DNA of 64,000 nucleotides from an uncultured bacterium (GTDB lineage Bacteria; Bacillota_I; Bacilli_A; RFN20; CAG-826): NCBI GenBank assembly GCA_949296775.1, contig CASFQA010000005.1, positions 3,320 to 67,319 of the forward strand, read 5' to 3'. Shown piece by piece: positions 59,340 to 64,000 of this stretch (position 1 is its first letter; each line of letters starts with the position of its first letter). The notes under the pieces were generated by a model. It saw only the letters and a program-made list of their open reading frames with translations, ran no database searches and was not told where the DNA came from. The position numbers and the translations under genes were made by a program.

Positions 59340-59897
59340 TTAGATTTTCTCGACTTCCGAGAATTCGACCTCGACCGGGGTGGTACGGCCGAAGAAGACG
59401 GTATTGACCCGCATGTGGCCGGTGGTCTTATCGAGTTCATCGATGACCCCTTCCGTCCCTTCAAGCGGCCCATGGATGACCCGGACCCGGTCGCCGACCG
59501 AGTAACGGTCATACATCGACTGGTCGATGATGCCCATCCGTTTGAGGACCGGCTCCATCTCGTCTCTAGGGACCGGGGTCGGCTTTTGCCCGCCGCCCGA
59601 GGACCCGGCGATGCCGGTGACGCCCGGGGTGTTACGGACAACATACCAAGCGTTATCGTCCATGATCATTTCGACGAATAGATAACCCGGATATAGGTTC
59701 TTGATCTTGGTCTTGCCAGTCGGAAGGCCATCCTTTAGTTCGGGGACTTCCTGGTTGCAAACGCAGACGCGGAAGATCTTGTCTTCCTGGTTCATCGTGA
59801 CGATCCGGCGCCGCAGGTTCTCGGCAACCCGGTCTTCGCTATTGGCGTAGGCAGTGACGATGTACCACTGCTTATCGGCTATTTGGGGTGCGGCCAT
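59340..59897 (-). CDS. nusG: Transcription termination/antitermination factor NusG
   Basis: 185 aa. NGN domain followed by the KOW motif (GDRVRVIHGPLEGTEGVI). Confidence 0.93.
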   Translation of the reverse strand: MAAPQIADKQWYIVTAYANSEDRVAENLRRRIVTMNQEDKIFRVCVCNQEVPELKDGLPTGKTKIKNLYPGYLFVEMIMDDNAWYVVRNTPGVTGIAGSSGGGQKPTPVPRDEMEPVLKRMGIIDQSMYDRYSVGDRVRVIHGPLEGTEGVIDELDKTTGHMRVNTVFFGRTTPVEVEFSEVEKI

Positions 59898-59899
59898 CT

Positions 59900-60094
59900 T
59901 TAATTACCTCCGAATGCATCCTTCAGCTGCTGGATTAACGAACCAGCGGTCAAATCCTCAAGCGAGAGGAAGATCGCGGCGAAAGCGACGATGCAGATGA
60001 CGACGATGAGGGTCGGGACGAGGACATCCCGCTTCGGCCAACGGATCCGCTTGCCTTCCTTGATGACTTCTTTAGTGTACTTCACTGGGCCCAT
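59900..60094 (-). CDS. secE: Preprotein translocase subunit SecE
   Basis: 64 aa with a single TM helix. Conserved position upstream of nusG. Confidence 0.85.
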   Translation of the reverse strand: MGPVKYTKEVIKEGKRIRWPKRDVLVPTLIVVICIVAFAAIFLSLEDLTAGSLIQQLKDAFGGN

Positions 60095-60109
60095 ATTAGA
60101 CTCCTTTCG

Positions 60110-60259
60110 CTACTTGCTCTCCTTATGGAGGGTGTGCTTCCCGCAATGGGGGCAGAATTTGCTCAGGGTCAGCCGTTCAGGATCATCCTTGCGTTTGGAG
60201 ACGGTGTAGTTCCGGTTCAAGCACTCGGTACAAACCAAAAAGACCTTTACCCTTGCCAT
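60110..60259 (-). CDS. rpmG: 50S ribosomal protein L33
   Basis: Not in the ORF track because it is shorter than 60 aa. Minus-strand translation gives [49 protein letters not shown], with the L33 zinc ribbon CxxC...CxxC. Confidence 0.85.
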   Translation of the reverse strand: MARVKVFLVCTECLNRNYTVSKRKDDPERLTLSKFCPHCGKHTLHKESK

Positions 60260-60313
60260 AATCCTAATCCTTTCAGCATGCAAAGGCTACGCCTTTATCG
60301 GGGGCTTGTCAAA

Positions 60314-60979
60314 TCAACTAGTCTGAAACTTCAGCAAAAGCCGTTCGCCCTCGCTCGCCTCGTTCAGGCTTTTGAGCACCGTTTTGGCCCATTTGCGAAA
60401 CCGATAAGCCATCATCCGGGTATTGGAGGGGCGGAGATCCATTTGCTCGGAAACCTCCTGAATCGAATACCCTTCCGACAAGCGCCGGACCACTTCGATG
60501 TCGGCGGGCTTAAGATGCCTCGGCAATTTCCCAAGCTTCGACAAGGCATCGGCATAGGCGCAAAAAGCCTTGGGGTCATTAAGGGGCTGGTTGTCGGGAA
60601 TCAGCTCATGCAAATAGGAATCGTTGGTATCCGGATCGATGGCGTCGAGGCTAAAGCAGGGGATGTTTTCCCTTTCTTGGAGGATTTTCTTGGCCTCCCG
60701 CCCCGCTTCCCGATGGAGGATGAATTGGAAATAGGCGATAAAACGCCACTCCCCGATCCGGTAAGTCCCCTCGGCCATCAGATAGCTCCGGAAGAAGACT
60801 TCGTTGTAAGTCCAATCGTCAAGCAAATCGGCATATTCCGGGCAAGCCCGAAGCAAATGGAAATGACGGGAACGGAAATAACGCAGCGACAGCTCGTTAC
60901 GGGCCACTCCGTCGCCAAGCCGAAACCGAAGGAGCAGTTCCTCGTCTTTCAGCCACGTGTAGTCAGTCTCTATGAACAT
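60314..60979 (-). CDS. sigH: SigH-like sigma-70 family factor
   Basis: 221 aa. C-terminal region-4 HTH. It sits in the sigH position of the Bacillus order rlmB-sigH-rpmG-secE-nusG. GGAGG RBS. Confidence 0.6.
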   Translation of the reverse strand: MFIETDYTWLKDEELLLRFRLGDGVARNELSLRYFRSRHFHLLRACPEYADLLDDWTYNEVFFRSYLMAEGTYRIGEWRFIAYFQFILHREAGREAKKILQERENIPCFSLDAIDPDTNDSYLHELIPDNQPLNDPKAFCAYADALSKLGKLPRHLKPADIEVVRRLSEGYSIQEVSEQMDLRPSNTRMMAYRFRKWAKTVLKSLNEASEGERLLLKFQTS

Positions 60980-61005
60980 CGACTTGACCTCCTAATGGAG
61001 GCAAG

Positions 61006-61719
61006 TTAACGAGTTCGGGATAAAGCGATTTGGGAAAGCAGAATACCAGTCGCCACGGAGGCGTTAAGCGAATTGACATGCCCGACCATCGGAATTTTGA
61101 CGATGAAGTCGCTCCGTTCAAGCAATAACCGCGAGAGGCCAAACCCCTCGCTCCCGACGAGCAAAACGATCGGCGAATGGTAATCGACCGCCGCATAGCT
61201 TTGCTGCGCTTCCCCATCGCTCGCCACCGCCCAATAGCCGTTTTCCTGCAGCTTTTTCAAAGCGACGCTCAAATTGTTGACCAAAGCGACCTTGACGTAA
61301 TTGATGGCCCCGGTTGAGATCTTGGCCACCGTCGCATTCAGCGGGGCGTTGCCGCGGTCTTTCATGATGATGCCATCGACGCCAAAGGCATCGGCGCTGC
61401 GGATAATCGCGCCGAGGTTATGGGGGTCTTCGATCCCGTCGAGCATCAGCAGGAGCGGCTCTTTTTTGCTTAGATGCAAAAACTCCTCGAAGTCAACGGT
61501 CTCGAAGTCAGGACAGATGGCCGCAAACCCCTGATGAGAGGGATTTCTGGTCATCCGAGTCAATTCGTCGATAGAGGCGAATTCGACTGGTATCGAACTT
61601 TTCCGGGCCAAGGCGACTATCGGATCCTTGCCTTGCTTAGCCACGACTCTGAGCTTCAAGGCCCGACCGGAGGCGACCGCTTCCCGAACGGCGTTCTTGC
61701 CGTAAATAATTATACTCAT
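61006..61719 (-). CDS. rlmB: TrmH/SpoU-family 23S rRNA 2'-O-methyltransferase (RlmB/YacO-like)
   Basis: 237 aa. SpoU motifs LDGIEDPHNLGAIIRSA and LVGSEGFGLS. Confidence 0.8.
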   Translation of the reverse strand: MSIIIYGKNAVREAVASGRALKLRVVAKQGKDPIVALARKSSIPVEFASIDELTRMTRNPSHQGFAAICPDFETVDFEEFLHLSKKEPLLLMLDGIEDPHNLGAIIRSADAFGVDGIIMKDRGNAPLNATVAKISTGAINYVKVALVNNLSVALKKLQENGYWAVASDGEAQQSYAAVDYHSPIVLLVGSEGFGLSRLLLERSDFIVKIPMVGHVNSLNASVATGILLSQIALSRTR

Positions 61720-61742
61720 GATTCGCGGAAGACAATACCTTT

Positions 61743-62495
61743 CTAGAATTCGGTGGAGACCCGGAGGTCCAGCGGCTTGATGGCCATCCTAAGCTCGTCG
61801 GCGAAGGCGGAGACGGTCGAAGAGGAGGCGTAAGCCAAATGCAAAACCGTCCGGATCGCCGAATGGTCTTGGTAAGTGATAAGCTCGGAGGAGGAATCGC
61901 GGATCGCGATGCCATAACGGTTGGCGATCAATAAAATATCCTTCATCACCGGGGAATCGCTGGGAACGACCAACAAGACGATCGGGTTCTTCCTGGAAGC
62001 GAAGACCTCGAATTTCCTAAGGAAGACGAGAACGGCCAAGCAAACGGCGGTGGCCATGGTGGCGATGACGAAGCAGCCGGTGCCGCAGGCGACCCCAATG
62101 GCCATCGAGACCCATAAAGTCGTCGCGGTCGTCAAGCCGCGGACCGAGACCCCGTTCTTCACGATGGTCCCAGCCCCGAGGAAGCCGATGCCGGGGATGA
62201 TCTGGGCCGCCAAACGGGCCGGATCGCGGGTGGTATGGACCACGTCATCCCAATAGGAAAACCCATAAATCGAGATGATCATGATTAGGCAGGAGCCCAA
62301 AGCGATGAGCAAATGGGTCCTAAGCCCCGCCGCATGGCCGTAATACTCCCGTTCAAAGCCGATAAGTCCGGCGAACAAGACAGTGGCGAAAAGGCAAAGG
62401 ATAATCAAAACGATGTTCCCAACCAGCCCGTTGGAGAAACCGGTTCCGAAGTCGGTGTTGAACCAGCGAATAATGATTTCGTCAATATTGGTCAT
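61743..62495 (-). CDS. MgtC/SapB-family membrane protein
   Basis: 250 aa. N-terminal MgtC TM domain and a C-terminal ACT-like domain. Confidence 0.65.
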   Translation of the reverse strand: MTNIDEIIIRWFNTDFGTGFSNGLVGNIVLIILCLFATVLFAGLIGFEREYYGHAAGLRTHLLIALGSCLIMIISIYGFSYWDDVVHTTRDPARLAAQIIPGIGFLGAGTIVKNGVSVRGLTTATTLWVSMAIGVACGTGCFVIATMATAVCLAVLVFLRKFEVFASRKNPIVLLVVPSDSPVMKDILLIANRYGIAIRDSSSELITYQDHSAIRTVLHLAYASSSTVSAFADELRMAIKPLDLRVSTEF

Positions 62496-62502
62496 CGATC
62501 AA

Positions 62503-63855
62503 TCAAATCATCCAGAGGCCGAGGTCCATCAGCTGTTTCCTTATCGCGTCGACGCTGGAATAGTCTTTTTTCTCCTTGGCGGCGTAATAAGCGGCATACA
62601 GCTGCTTCCCCTGCTCTCCGATGTAAGGGTATTTTACAATGAGACCTAATAGATGTGAATAGAACCGAAGAGCGGAAAAATCCTCTTGGAGTACCGATAA
62701 GGGGGTCGATGGGTTGCGCAGATCTTGGTTCGCCTGCTTTATCTTGGCGTACATGGCGGTCAAAGCATTGGGCGTATTGAGGTCGTCGGAGAGGGCGGAA
62801 AGGAAAACCTCATCCTCATAAAAGGCGCAATTCGAAGGGTCATCAATCCCTTTAGATTGCAAAGTAATCGCTAAAGTCCGATAGGCGGAGGCGAGTTTTG
62901 CGTAGTTTTTCTGCGCTTCTAACATCGTCTCGGCGGTGAAATTGACCGGGGAGCGATAATGGGCGCTTAGGACCATCAAGCGGAAGGCCATCGGCCCGAA
63001 TTCCTTGATGACGTCTTTGGCCAGCAAGACGTTGCCAAGCGACTTGGACATCTTTTCGGAATCGATGTTGATGAAGCCGTTATGCAGCCAATATTTGGCT
63101 AAGTCATTGCCGTTATGGGCCCGCGACTGGGCGATCTCGTTTTCATGATGGGGGAATTTCAGATCAAAGCCCCCGCCATGGATGTCGATATAGCCGTTCC
63201 GATCCCGGAAGAGCGAGTCGATCATGACGCAGCATTCGCTATGCCATCCGGGCCGGCCTAACCCCCAGGGGCTCTCGAAGCGGATCCCTTCCTCGGTCTT
63301 TTTCCACAGGGCGAAATCCAAAGGCGATTCCTTTTGCGAATTGACCTCGATCCGGGCGCCGGAGATAAGCGAGTCGACGGAATTGCCGCTTAGCTCGCCA
63401 TAATGGTCGATCGAGGAAACCCGGAAATAGACGTCGCCGTTATTGACGTAGGCATGGCCGGATTGGACCAACTCATCGATATAGGAAACGATCTTCCCCA
63501 TATACTCGGTCGGAGTCGGGGTGAAGTCCGGTTGAAGGGAGCCGATCTCGTCGATCAGCTTCCGGTACTCGCCGATGATCTCGCTCGTCAGCTCCTTTTC
63601 GCTCACGCCGAGCTCCATAGCCCTTTTGATGATCTTGTCATCGACATCGGTGTAGTTGGAAACATAGGTCACTCGGTAGCCGGCGTATTGGAAAAGACGG
63701 CGCCAGACATCGAAGACGATCGCTGGACGGAGGTTACCGATGTGAGGATGGTTGTACACGGTTGGGCCGCAGACGTAAATCGCGACTTCCCCTTCTTTGA
63801 CCGGAACGAAATCCTCGATCCGGTTCCCATAGGAATTATACAGACGAATGTTCAT
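62503..63855 (-). CDS. cysS: Cysteine--tRNA ligase
   Basis: HIGN (HPHIGNLR) and KMSKS motifs. 450 aa. Confidence 0.96.
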   Translation of the reverse strand: MNIRLYNSYGNRIEDFVPVKEGEVAIYVCGPTVYNHPHIGNLRPAIVFDVWRRLFQYAGYRVTYVSNYTDVDDKIIKRAMELGVSEKELTSEIIGEYRKLIDEIGSLQPDFTPTPTEYMGKIVSYIDELVQSGHAYVNNGDVYFRVSSIDHYGELSGNSVDSLISGARIEVNSQKESPLDFALWKKTEEGIRFESPWGLGRPGWHSECCVMIDSLFRDRNGYIDIHGGGFDLKFPHHENEIAQSRAHNGNDLAKYWLHNGFINIDSEKMSKSLGNVLLAKDVIKEFGPMAFRLMVLSAHYRSPVNFTAETMLEAQKNYAKLASAYRTLAITLQSKGIDDPSNCAFYEDEVFLSALSDDLNTPNALTAMYAKIKQANQDLRNPSTPLSVLQEDFSALRFYSHLLGLIVKYPYIGEQGKQLYAAYYAAKEKKDYSSVDAIRKQLMDLGLWMI

Positions 63856-64000
63856 GCGTCCCTCCTTAAAGCCAGCGTGGCCAATTGCTTCGGCTTGGAA
63901 ACGACATAATCGGCTTTCGCCAACAAAGCCTTTTTATAAAACCCGTAGCCCCAGGTCACCAAGCAGGATTTGACCCCGGCGTTAATTGCCGTATCGACGT
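63852..64000 (-). CDS. HAD-family hydrolase, C-terminal part only (gene runs off the window)
   Basis: Minus-strand translation ...VDTAINAGVKSCLVTWGYGFYKKALLAKADYVVSKPKQLATLA* with the HAD motif-IV region. Its stop overlaps the cysS ATG. Confidence 0.5.
   Translation of the reverse strand, partial: VDTAINAGVKSCLVTWGYGFYKKALLAKADYVVSKPKQLATLALRRDA

Overview
This 64 kb window is a chromosomal segment from a roughly 55 % GC bacterium with Firmicutes-like gene order. The flanks are housekeeping genes; the middle and two insertion points carry accessory cassettes. Almost all real genes are on the minus strand, and most long plus-strand ORFs in the supplied track are GC-driven antisense artefacts.

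Core content:
- Glycolytic cluster gap / pgk / tpiA, with two secreted-protein genes wedged between gap and pgk.
- An iron-containing alcohol dehydrogenase.
- whiA-rapZ-trxB-lgt-uvrA, notably without yvcK between rapZ and whiA.
- A DUF362 4Fe-4S protein and pyruvate:ferredoxin oxidoreductase.
- The str operon rpsL-rpsG-fusA-tuf.
- The block cysS-mgtC-rlmB-sigH-like-rpmG-secE-nusG ... rplK-rplA-rplJ-rplL-ybxB-like methyltransferase-rpoB-rpoC.
- tRNA-Pro(GGG) and tRNA-Lys(CUU).

Accessory content:
- A variable island at about 15.9-25.5 kb centred on tRNA-Pro. It holds an ECF-sigma / PPC-domain secreted protein / membrane-protein cassette with a frameshifted second sigma copy. It also holds an intact DUF4143 AAA+ ATPase plus C-terminal remnants of the same family, a 33-bp tandem repeat, and a radical-SAM/SPASM maturase operon. 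That maturase gene has a cysteine-bearing lipoprotein gene on one side and a decayed paralog of the same lipoprotein gene on the other; this is the best candidate for an undescribed system.
- A MacB-like fused ABC transporter with a co-transcribed secreted beta-rich protein.
- An ABC-2 / GNAT operon.
- A tiny HTH gene with a 12-nt x3 repeat at its 5' end, beside tRNA-Lys.
- An M6-like metalloprotease lipoprotein inserted between rpoC and rpsL.
- A roughly 5.5 kb insertion (cadC-cadA metal efflux, a lipoprotein, a phosphoesterase, a DUF4143 remnant) that splits the normally contiguous nusG-rplK junction.

No CRISPR array, rRNA, integrase or transposase was recognised. Displayed coordinates can be off by one or two nucleotides, because some ORF-track coordinates disagree with the printed line numbering by one base.
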